From the NCBI GenBank assembly GCA_020891255.1, contig BQFW01000014.1:620001-684000 (forward strand): a stretch of 64,000 nucleotides of DNA, given 5' to 3'. The position numbers and the translations under genes were made by a program. This DNA is from Entomortierella parvispora E1425. Lineage: Eukaryota > Fungi > Mortierellomycota. Shown here one piece after another: positions 49,912 through 64,000 of this stretch. Position 1 is the stretch's first letter; the number at the start of each line of letters is the position of its first letter. The notes under the pieces were generated by a model. The model had not been told where the DNA came from and ran no database searches. It saw only the letters and a program-made list of their open reading frames with translations.

Positions 49912-52900
49912 TCCTTGTTCAGGCAGAGGACAAGGGGACAAGGCAGGGCAGGGCAGGGCAGGGCAACTGGATGCAGACAGGTCGGGAGATAGATAAATGT
50001 TGGGTATTGATACAGAAAGAAAGGCAAAAGGAAATGAAGTCAGAAAACTCGCACTCTTAACTAACTCCGAGGGGAGCTTTCAGAAACGGAAGACAGATGG
50101 TGGGGGTACAAATAGTACAAATAGTACAAATAGAGATCCACACTGGTCTCTCGTTTGCCTGCTTGACACGGCTTCAGTGCGGTGCAGTGCAATTGGAGGG
50201 AGAAAAAGAGAAAGAGATGACAAACGCAGGCACCCCTCTCCTGGCTCTCTATAATAGCTTGCACGCACGCTCCAGACGCACCCAAAGGAACAATGGCTGG
50301 TGACCCGTGTAAGGAAGAAGGTACAATTGGATGACGATGATGTTGTCCACAAACTCCTCCCCCACAATCCACGCACCAATTAGCCTGCAGCAACCCTCAA
50401 AATCACGGCCGGCTGTCAATGGCAAGAGAGCATGGATCAAAGAGAGGGAGGGAGGGAAGGAGAGAGGGAGGGAGGAGAGAGGGAGGGAGGGAGAGAGATA
50501 GGGCAAGCAAGCGTAAATTACAGGGTACTTTTGCCTGGGTATAATTATTGTTGTTTTGTGGGGGTGTGCGTCTGGTGGATGTGGTCGGGATGGCTGACTG
50601 CAGCAGGCGATTGTGCCTGATTAGTCCGCATTGATAATTGGATTGATTGATTGTTGGGTGCGTGCAGTGGCCAAGAAGGTTAATTGTTTCAACACCCTCT
50701 GCATCTCTTGACCTCTTCTCTCTCTCTATCGCTCTCTTCGTCTGTCTATCCTTTATCCTTTCTTCTCTTATTCATCTTATTCATATCCCCTTCCCCTGTC
50801 TATCCCTAGAGTCTCTTCATTTCCCACTTTTTCTTCCTCTCTCTCTCTCGCTAATTTTATAACAGGCACGCACATTGTCATCCCACCGGATGCTCTTTTC
50901 CTTTTCATCTACCAAAATCTCCCCTGCCGCTCGTCCGTGTCAAGAGAAACCAAATAAGAAATTTTCATGGGCAGGGTGGAAAAGTGAGCCTGCAACGGTT
51001 GGACGGGAAGGGGGTGGGGGATTGTACTTTGTACCAAATTCTAAGCCTTTTTGGTGGTCGAATAGGTGGCTGGAGGGGAGGGTGACAAATGAAAGGACTT
51101 GTGCACTGCAAGGCGATGGGTTTGCCTCCAAATGAAATCCTGACTACACTTACAGCTACGAAGATGAAATCCTTGGTCGTGACGAAAAGAGGTGGACACT
51201 TGAAAAACAGACCCCTGTTTTTTTGATGGGGGAAGAATGGCTGAAAGTACGCCTTCAGCTCGGAGCAAAAGAATGTGATTCCCAGGTCGCGTGAGTGACC
51301 CTTGTGCAGCTGCAGGTGAGAAGATAGAGAAGGAGGTGAAGACAGGGGAAGGATATCGATTATCGGCCGCAATGCAACGCCCGTTGAAGGATGAAGGGGA
51401 AGGGAAAGGGCTGTTGCTTTAGTAGCAGGATGAGAATGGTTGGTGCGAGTGCTCAGAGGCAGAAAGTATTTGTGGGGGGAAAGAGTCGGTGTCTGGACGG
51501 ATGATCTATGAAAAAAATCCAGGCTACTGGTCCCCGATTGCCGAAAAAAAAAAGGTCCGCGAGAGCGAGGGGGGATGAGTGGAGAAGTGAGGAATAGATA
51601 TCTACACTAGAGATTCTATATCGGTCGGTGTGAAGGGGAGATCAGAAGGATTCAGAGTAAGAAGAGGTGAAGCAGTGAGTGGACAGTGAAGGAGCAATCA
51701 GGAATGGAAAAGGGGAAGAGTAAAGAAAAAGAAAGAGAGAGAGAAAGAAAGAAAAAGAGAAACATCGAGGACTGAAAGAACACCAAATCTCAGGAACGAG
51801 GGGACTGAGCTTTCTCTGGCTGCAGGACATGAGGGGAAGGCAGTCGAGTGAAAGGAGGCCCATGGCCCATCCATCAGTTATCAAACCAACACTGCCCATC
51901 GTTCTTTATTGCTATTGCCGTTACTATTGCCGAGATGGGTTACCTACTCGGGGGCCTGCCTTCCCCAGTGACACCTTGCTCCACTTGCCACTCACCCACT
52001 CATTCACAAACGACGCACACCCCCCTCTTTGCAGTCACCCGCCGCCCTTGGCTTTGGCCACTGTCCTCGCACATGCAGGCTGACAGGTCAGTCAAGACAA
52101 CAGATCCTCGTACTCTTCTGTGAAAACGAAGACCCGGCTTTGTTATTCTATATTCCTACTTTCGCTTCCAATGTTGATGTTACTCCTTGTTGATGTTGCG
52201 CGCTGAGCGAAGAAGAGGAAGAAAAAAAATGCAGAGGCGAAAAGCAACAAGACCAAGAGAAAAGAACCTTTTTTTTTTGTAATGGCAGGTGCCACAAGTC
52301 TTTGTTGAGTATGGCAACAGGTTCAACAGAAGAAAAAATAAAGGAATACTGGCGACAATACGATCCAAAGAGTACCAGGTGGGAACTAGCATGATATTGG
52401 CCCTCCTTCCTCTTCCATGGTCCTGGTACCCAGTGAGAAATAAAACATAGATTGAGCAGGAAGAGTCCACAAGCGCTACCAGTTGCAAAGTACCCGCGTG
52501 TCTTTTCCTATTCAATGGGTAGAGGTAAACTGTGTCCTACCCGGTCAAATAAAGCAAAGCGATTGAGTCAAAGAAGAACGGACGCCCAATGCTCAAAAAG
52601 CAAAGAAGTTCCGGGTGCGCTGCATCATTGGCCCTGGGGTCGGGAACGAAAAGATTCAGTCTTGTTTGGGAGCTGAGTGCTCTTGTGTGGCCCCGCCCCT
52701 CTTCCTCTCTATCTGCCTCCACTTCCGAGCGCCTTTTGTAAGGCGTCTACAAAAGATCGATTCAAGGTTTCTGAGATTGCTCTCTTGCAAGGGTGGTTGG
52801 GGTCAGGGAAGAAAAAAAAGTTTTTTTAAAAAGCATTCCCACATCTACCCGCTCCACTACGCCTTGTAGGTACTGAGGAAACTCTTGAGTTACTCTCAAC

Positions 52901-54918
52901 GAACTAGGCCACAGTGGTTTCTCCCCCTTCCCCTTCCTTTTCACTTCTAATTGAATTCCTTGGACCAGTTCAACAGAGGGAGATAAACACTTGATCGATT
53001 GCGACGCTCGTCTTGGTGTAGCAAGTGTGGAATAGAAAAAAAAACATTAGACCCAAAACTGGGCACAACGCTAAAAGGGCTTCTCGGGTTGCACAGCAAG
53101 AGCGCCGATGGCCGGCCTCTCCATGTTGGGTGAATAAGAGGGGGCTCACTGTTGTGGAGGAAGGGCGGAGGGGAGAGTCAAAACAAAAGAAAAAAAGAGG
53201 GCAGGAAGAATGGCCTGATGTTTTTGTTTGCTTGCCCTCGCTTTTCAGGCTGTGATTCCGTCCATTGGATTGCCCACTTTGCCGTTGCACTGTGTTCACT
53301 TGTAGCGCCAACTTCCAATGAATACAGCCGCCCTTCCAACGGTCTCGACCTCGGGCTGCGAGCGTGTGCATGTGTTTGTTCCCTCGAAACTCTTTCCCCT
53401 ATTGTCAAGAGGAGGTTGAGGAAGATCGCCCAGCCAATGACACCTGAAAGTCTGATCTCCAGAACGTGCGATCAACATTCATCTCCATCCTTCCTTCCTT
53501 CCACTCGCTCTTGCAGAACGTTTTTACGTGCCCTTTTTGCTGTGCCTGGATAAACTGTTGGTAATCCCGTTTTAAGTAGAAGGCGGAGCAGACCATCATG
53601 CACGGCCTCTTACACCAACTGCAAGTTGATGAAATGAAAAGGTACTTGTTTATCGAAAGAAAAGTGAATAACAAACACAAAGGATGCCATATATTTTTTT
53701 TTGTAGCGAAAAGTATTCTGTCAGCGATGACCTGTGGGATTCCTTGTTCACTTTCTCTGAGAGGGATAGAAAAAGAAACTGCTCTCAACTTGAAATCGTT
53801 TTCGTCAGCCTTTTCTTCTCCCTACTTTACTCCACACACTCGTAGCAGGACTTTTTGTACCCGAGTGGTCTGGGACGAACAACAAAAGCGCACGTTTCTG
53901 CTGATGAATATCAAAAGGCAAAGCGACAAACAGCATCAATAACAGTCAACAAGGCAAGGACGCCCTATCGCAACAGAGTTAATTCAAAGTGACAAGGCGC
54001 GGTATGTTATTGTTGTTGCCCAAAGAAACGAAGGCATTCCTTTCTTGTTTGCGTATTGTCCCCGCCCCGACCATTGAGCGCGTTTTCTTGTTTCTTTATT
54101 GTTCTGGCTCCTTTACTCCTCAAGCTCATGCTATCAATGCCTCGAGATTAATCTTCTACGACATGAGAGTCAATGAGATCTCCATCCCTTCCCCGATCCT
54201 GCAAAATGAGAAAAACGCGTCAAAGACGCGTCTGATACCCCTTCATTGTCCAGGTCAGGCCTTCATGGGAAAATGTGTTTTCCAGTTGATCCTGGTGCCA
54301 TCCGCCTCTCTTGATGCACAATACATGCAAAGAGATACGTTTTGAGCCATCGTTAAACTCGTTAGCAAAGGTCTACTTAAAATTCCTCGATCAGGTTCTT
54401 TGAAAGTAGAGAAATGGTGCAAAAAGGGCGAAAATTCTATTTTTTTTTTTTTTTTTTTGTCGATGAGCACACTGGACATGTGCTTGGCGGCCTTCGGGTT
54501 GTAAATAAAAACAGCAAACGAAACACACCGAGCAGACGAAGAAGAGAAGTGTGGAGCAACGACTCTTGCATACGAATTGTGCTGACCATTCTGTGCAACC
54601 GTGGGTCTCCACATTGTCCACTGAGCAGAACCTCCACAATTTCCTCCTCCGACTCTATTTCTCTTTCTCTCTCACATGCCAGAGTGGCAAGGTTCGAGCA
54701 ATTGGATCCACCCTTCCTGCACTCTTTCTCTCTCTCGTCTTCTCCCTCAATTCTTTCAAAAGTACGATGCTTTTCTCTCGAGCTTTCATCCAAGGTGTAT
54801 AGTGCATTCATGATCCTCCAGTTGTCTGTTCACTTTTTTTGTTCTTTGCAAAATGGTTCGAATGATTGTGATTTTTTTAAAAGACAAAGCGTTTTTTTAT
54901 GACTAGAAAAAAACATTT

Positions 54919-56484
54919 TTACTTGGAGCCAAGGGTGGGGAAAAGCTCGGCGTCGGCAACATCGACAACGGGTCCACGGGGGGCACGGGGAGCACGGGGA
55001 GCAGCGGCACCACGGGCACCACGGGCACCACCGCGGGCACCACGCTCACCACCACGACCACCACGGGCACCGCCGCGGGGAGCAACGGGCTCGCGAGCGG
55101 GCTCGGTGTAGCGGACCTCGATATCCTTGATCAAGACCTTGGTCTCCTTCTTGCCCTTCTTGGCTTTGGCGACAGAGTCGGCGCGCATCTTGATGAAGTC
55201 ACCGGTCTCCTCGACCTCGAGGACCTTGGCGTTCTTCCACTGGGAATCGTCAGCGCCAGCGTTGGCGGCACGGGCCTCAGGGAGAGCGATCTTGAGGGCC
55301 TTAGCAGCCTTCTCCTGGAGGTAGTCATCAAGAGTCTTGACAACGGGCTCGGGGACGGCGGGCTCAGCAGCCTCAACGGCAGCGGCCTCAGCGGCGCTAA
55401 AAAAAGGGCATTTACAAAAAATGTTGGCAACACGATGAGTTGGTCGATCTTTTTCTTCCATGCCATGAAGACCCTGTCGTCTCTCGATTCCGGTACTGTG
55501 GTTCATAGTCAATAGATGTTCAACTTACACCTCAGCATCCTTCTCGCCCTCAAGGGGAGCGGTGGTGGCATCACCCATCACGCGGTGCTCCTTCTTGTCG
55601 CTGTTCTCAATACCGGTACCGGAGTGACGGTCGAGACCACCGTGGCGACCGCCACGGGGAGCGCCGCGGGGGGCACGGGGGGCACGGGGAGCACCCTCGC
55701 CGCGGGGAGCGCGGTCGAAACGGGGTCCACGAGCTAAAGATGAAGGTGAAGATCGGTTGGCGTTAATGGTTTTGACCTTAAAATTGTTGTTCCCTGTATG
55801 CTTGCGATTTCCCTGTCCGTGCGACTGTTCCTGAAGAGTCCATGGCAATGCATTCGGGGTTATCGAAGAGTTGAGTATCTTTCCGAACAGAGAGCATGTG
55901 CCTTTCCCCTGTTAACTCACTATGTCTGGTTTGTGCTGGACCGAAGTTGAAATATCGGCCAGCCTTCCAGCACTACAATTTGAGTTGGTCGGGCGTTTGC
56001 TGAAATAGTGTTGGGAGTTGGAGTGACAAGAGTACTCTCAGATCTACATTACTAGATCAAGGGTTCCTCCTAGAATGCAAGCAGTACGGTCCATCGGTTC
56101 CTGAAGAAATGACTGTTCCCCTAAATGATCTGTTGGTCGACCATGGCCTGATCAAGGACTCTCTCCATTGTCAATGTCGGTTGTCTGCTCCTGACACACA
56201 TTCGCTTTCGTTGCCTGTCCAAGGGTCGGTTGGTGTCTTAAGGTCCACTCGCACTGGGCTGAAAACTCTTTTCTCCGGTGAGGTGACCAGCTCTTACCAT
56301 CACCCTCTCTGGGCTTGTTGTTGCGGGCACCCTCCTTGCGGGGGGCCTTGTTGTCAACGGGCTTGGAAGCAGTGGCGGGAGCCTTGGCAGCGACCTGCTT
56401 GACTTCCTTCTTGACGGCGGGGACCTGGATCGTCTGATCCTGAGCGTCGTCGTTGAGAAGGTCAAAGATATTTGTAGACGCCAT
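54919..56484 (-). CDS. STM1: Stm1/SERBP1-like ribosome- and mRNA-binding protein (289 aa)
   Basis: MASTNIFDLL N-terminus; LDRHSGTG; KTLDDYL; RGG-rich tail; DAELFPTLG end. Exons 56484-56298, 55733-55529, 55396-54919 total 870 nt. Confidence 0.9.
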
Positions 56485-57337
56485 TGCCTGTTGATGAAGA
56501 TTGAGATCGGCCGAGAAAAGGGAGTCATCGAGATGTTAATTGATTGGTCTACACAGGGGGAGTTTTCTGATCGAGTTGATTTCCTGTCCATGATCTCCCG
56601 TCGCATTCCCAGCGAAATCAATTCAACAAAAAAAAATCATAATAAAAAAGTCTCTCGGTGGGTGCAAATCCGTCGATCAGTCCCTGGGCGAGTCAGCAAG
56701 TCCATGGGTCGATCAAGAGTTGGGAGGATGGTCCCGATGCCGGGGATGAAGTCGCACAGAGCCAGCGATACCGATGGATGGTATCCTCGCAGACCATGGA
56801 TGGTCTGTTGGAGCAATGGATGTGTGTCCAGGAAACGGGTCCAGAGCAAGCAATGCGGCGCTATGATTGGCTCCTGAGTGGGTCGTAGAGTACTCTGTCC
56901 CGATTCAATCGCAGCCACGGTCTCGCTGCAGGCGTGGGGTCGCACCTTTTTATAAATTTGTTGAGAAGGAGCGCAAAACTTGCTGGCTTGCAGGCCGCAT
57001 TAAGTCCCTGCTGGGCTGGACTGGGTCCAGATATCTGTGGCTGAGCCACCTATCTCGCCTGCCTTCACTTTTTGCTCTGCACGCTCACTTCCATGCTCCC
57101 CTTTCTCTCTATCTCTCTTCCTCCCTCTCCTTCTTTCTTCCCCTCCGTTCTACAGCCACGTCCTCACTGACGGCATCCCAAACGACCATCAATTGCACCC
57201 AGAGAGAGGAGAGAACTTCGATTTTTATGATTTTTTTTTTTTTGAAATTTATTTTGTTTGTTTTCTGATCATGACAGAGTGGGAAGGAGTCGTAACAAAA
57301 AAAGAGAGCGAGAGGAGAATGCAACAAAAACAATAAT

Positions 57338-60305
<2,968 letters not shown>

Positions 60306-61452
60306 TGCGAGAAAGAGTATGAAATGAGAGAAATGGGAGAGAAGGGATGGAGGAAGGAATGCACAAAGAGCTGATCAGCTAGGAACAGACAAAAGTGGAG
60401 TGGGGAAGGAGGCGAGAGAGTGGAGAGGGAAGAGAAGAGAGGAAGGAAGAAGAGTATCGAGGAGCGGATGAACGTAGAAGCCAAGAAGAGGAGAAAAGAG
60501 AGGAATCAGCCTTGTTTTGGTTTCTTTTTATTTCCTCTCAAATGTCTGACAGATAACAGAAACAGCGCAAACCAGGACTCAATACCCTTGACCATTGAAT
60601 GGCACACAAGACTGTGGGCGACTTGCCTCTTTTGGGACTCACTCGGCCTCATCATCGTCGTCACCCCTCTTCCCCACCTCCACGCTGTGCCATTTGCACG
60701 CTTTGTTTGTGTCGAGACAGGCACCTTTCTCCAAATGGTGCGTCTTCCCCGCCGGAACAAGCAGGGTGGCCACGCTGGTCTTGCTCAAGGGAAAACCGAT
60801 CCAAGGAGGGGAGCTGGCGTTTCTGCCACAAAGATGAAGTGATCGATTGCTCGACTTGATGGAATCGATCCACAAAAACCAATTGGAGCACAAAGACAAA
60901 CAAACCGAGCTGTCTGTCTGCTCCTTCCTCTTGGTCCAAGCAAAAGGGCACACAGGCCGTGGAGAATTACGGAAAGAGGGTGAGTGCTCTCACCCACAAT
61001 TGGAGTGATATGGACCGATTTCACAAAGGGCTTCTTTATTTTTACTCCACCTTCTTTTTTGCCCTCCTCGTTCATGCCCGGAAGCCCTTACGCTTCAAAC
61101 TTGCCCGTCCTTCTCGCCTCGACTCTCTTTGGGCCTGAATCCGCATCCCTTCCGAACTGTGTTGACCAGTAAGCCTCGGACAATTGCCTCTGTTCCTAGT
61201 CCATCCTTAGCGCGTTGTGGCTGTTTGTTTTCTACTGTAGGTTCTTGTTCAGGTCTCAAGATATCGCTTCACTATCAATCACCCCACCTACATGGCCACA
61301 CTCCGTACTTGTTGTCTTTTTTCGCTTCTTTTACTCGTTCCTGACATCGTTCTTTTTCGTGCTCTTTTTCCCAAAACTACTCTCTTCTCCTCTCGCTGCA
61401 CTTACGAGTCATCGTACACCCTCCTTTTGCTTGAAGAAAGTAATCTTCAGAC

Positions 61453-61722
61453 ATGGAAACCGCAAGTCTGGCAAACAATTTGTCAATCGAAATAAGAATG
61501 TCGCTCAAAAATCATCTAGACGCGCTAAGCTTCGCCTCGGGATTGACTGCACGAGAAATATCACATACATCATCGCCACCTGAGAATCAACATTACCCTT
61601 CATCCGCTACGAAACTTTGGACAGCAATGGAGGAAACGGCTCTTCGAGATCGAAAGCGACCAGCAATGATGAGAATCTACCCACAGCTTCGTCCACAAGA
61701 ACAAATAATTGACACTTCCTGA
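61453..61722 (+). CDS. Candidate 89-aa hypothetical protein
   Basis: True ATG in gacATGG context after a pyrimidine-rich leader typical of 5' UTRs here; protein-like composition; no family recognised. Confidence 0.3.
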   Translation: METASLANNLSIEIRMSLKNHLDALSFASGLTAREISHTSSPPENQHYPSSATKLWTAMEETALRDRKRPAMMRIYPQLRPQEQIIDTS

Positions 61723-64000
61723 CTCCGTGTCTGGTGGACAAGTTGAAAGAAGTCCCGCAACTGAGTCCGTGGGACAGGGTCTGGGCTCCATATGATGAGG
61801 GACCAGAGAAGAGCTGGACACCAGCGAGATCCCGCCTTCTTGCTGCGACCAGTGCATTCATCCAGCCTGTGATGCCCCCGTCCGGAATATTCATCGACAG
61901 ACATATTCTTAAAGTGAGACGCCCTCTTGTCTCCCAAGTTTCTTTTGTGTTTGCGGTCGTCCAGTGACAGGCCGGCAGGACAAAACCCAAAAACGTGGAG
62001 AAAGTCGTAAGACGAAAATGAAAAATAGGGCGGTTGATCTGCCCGAAAATTTTAAAGACAGCTGGGTCTGAATTGAGATAAGGATTTTCGTCCTCCTCCA
62101 CGGCGGTTGTGCAGGGGCAGGCTGGTGCACAGGGAGGGTTTGTGAAGAAGAAACGCAATCAAGCCACCATTGCATTATCCTCGAAAGCGGCTTAGACTTA
62201 TTTTCATCACATGATCTGATGCCTTTTCAAATTGGTGGCGCATCAGGCAACTTTTTTTGAAGAAAGTCATCCACCCATTGTTGGTGCGACATTTGATATC
62301 TTGAGATCGCTCGCTCTTCATCGGACACATTCTTTTGCAATTTACAGTCAATACTAACCCACATGGAGGCGGGGTGCACCCGGCGTGGATGACCAACCTT
62401 TTTTTATCACTTTGCAGCCGAGCAGTTGCACTTGGAACCTCCTACTCCTACTCTCCCGCTCTCTCCGTGTCAGCAAGAATGATAGCGTCAACAGACATTG
62501 GGCATTGGGACCCCGAGTGCCTTTGAGCAAGATGACGAAGTTTCCAAAGAAATAAAAAGCGTCTTCAGAAGAGCACTATCTACATGCGCTTCGAATTAGT
62601 CTGGAAACTAGCCCTGTGCGCCATCTCTATTCAGGAACGGACGCGTTCATCAGAATTCTCTGGGTCAATAAAAGGTGCTGATCGCGTTCAGAACGCGACT
62701 CTAATTTCCTTCCCATATATCCCGAGATCCTTGGCAGCGGGAGTGATCAAAGTAATGGGCACCTTCTACAAAGTCAAACTTACATGTGCAAACGGTAAGA
62801 ACAGCAAATATGGCGAGGCGATGGCGCCCTGCCCTGAAGTCAAGTTATTTTTTGACTCGATTGTGAAATGAAGGCTCTCAAGTCGAGACAAGGTGCAAAT
62901 TCCACTAAGGACATCAATTGCCTGCCCCCGTCGTGCGCTTGAATCCAATAGGAGCGCGGGTGGAGGACGAGCAGGCAAGCAATAATACTTGAGAGCTTTG
63001 TGTCCCTGTTGTTATTGTCCTTTGTCTCTTTCTTCTCTTTCGGTTGAGGAAGCACAGAAGGACTGGACTGGACCCACAGGGTCATGATGACAGACATCAC
63101 GGAAGCACTATAACATCTCGCTGCATCTGCATTTTGCATCTCTTTGTGCCTCTTCTCTCTTCTGGTTCCCCTTCCCTTCATTCGACCCACGCAGTGCTCG
63201 TGAACCTGCAATCCTTTTCCCTCCATCCCCTCCTCCCCCTTCCGTCTTCGTCCTCCCCTGCTCATTGCACTTGGTGCCTTGCCAATGCTCAGCACAACCA
63301 TCATCCACAACCCCTACTCGACTTCAACCTTCACCATCTCACTCTAACCGACTCAACAAACAGCCCATCAGAAGAAGAACAAAATAAGAACCGCACTCAT
63401 CCTTCCTCATCGTAAGCCCACCATTCATCCAGCTCGTTCTCTTTCCATCCCATCTTCCGCCCTCCTCGCTTGTCATCTCCATATATTCCAGTTATTCCTC
63501 GACTCTCTAGCCGTGGGCGCAACAGGCTTCATGTTGACATTTCTGTCCTTCTACTTACCCTAGCCATCGACACAACGACAGGAAAGTTCGCCACCTGTCC
63601 CATTCATAAACACCAAAAGCACACGTAATTGCGAGAAACCAAGTGCCCAATGAGAATCTCGTGGGCCCTCCAGACCGCGGCCGTGTTCTGCCTAATTGCA
63701 GTTCATCCAGGTAACACAACCCTCACAGACAGCACTACCGACCTCCCTCTCCTTCTTCTTCCTCTTCCCGATATGTTCTCAGCAATTGTGGTATCAGCTG
63801 TCTTTGGGTCACCGTCAACAACACCATCCGCCCAGTCTCTCTTCCCTTCCCCATATCGTTTCATGGGCAGCCTATTCACACCGTGGACACGAAAAATAAG
63901 AAACATGTTCCGAAGATCATTGCTATTTTGACAAACAAATTTAAGGGAGAAAAATGCAACGGTCCATCTGCCCATGTGGATCGGTCTTTTAGCGGTCGAC

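Noticed and set aside
54855-54866. GGTTCGAAT T-loop-like motif
   Set aside because: No cloverleaf, acceptor stem or A-box.
54899-55848. GC-rich 9-bp-type repeats and antisense ORFs
   Set aside because: Explained by the APRAPRGAR/RGG low-complexity coding of STM1.

Overview
Eukaryotic, intron-containing fungal DNA with GT-AG introns of mostly 80-220 nt and abundant poly-A/T and CT/GA tracts. Gene content and style suggest an early-diverging fungus, most likely Mortierellaceae (inference). About 14 well-supported protein genes: CaM kinase (5'-truncated), secreted class-2 lipase, DUF1776/SDR-like protein, UNC-50, Kelch-BTB, SGT1, a mucin/Cys-rich single-pass membrane protein, PIS1, TRAPPC11, KGD2, fused tryptophan synthase, RAN1-family kinase, STM1/SERBP1-like protein and mitochondrial malic enzyme. 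A further 1124-aa spliced gene (46247-49911, minus) appears to carry a lone tyrosine-recombinase core-binding (Cre/DIRS/Crypton SAM-like) domain plus a C/H-motif domain; this candidate domesticated-recombinase regulator is the most interesting object in the window. An accessory-looking block at 1.1-7.1 kb holds a carboxylesterase pseudogene fragment, a hierarchical 407-bp tandem repeat and the Streptomyces-type lipase. Long gene-free regions lie upstream of the kinase, the recombinase-domain gene and the malic enzyme. No tRNA, rRNA, CRISPR array or intact transposon was recognised. All family assignments come from motif recognition by eye, not database searches.
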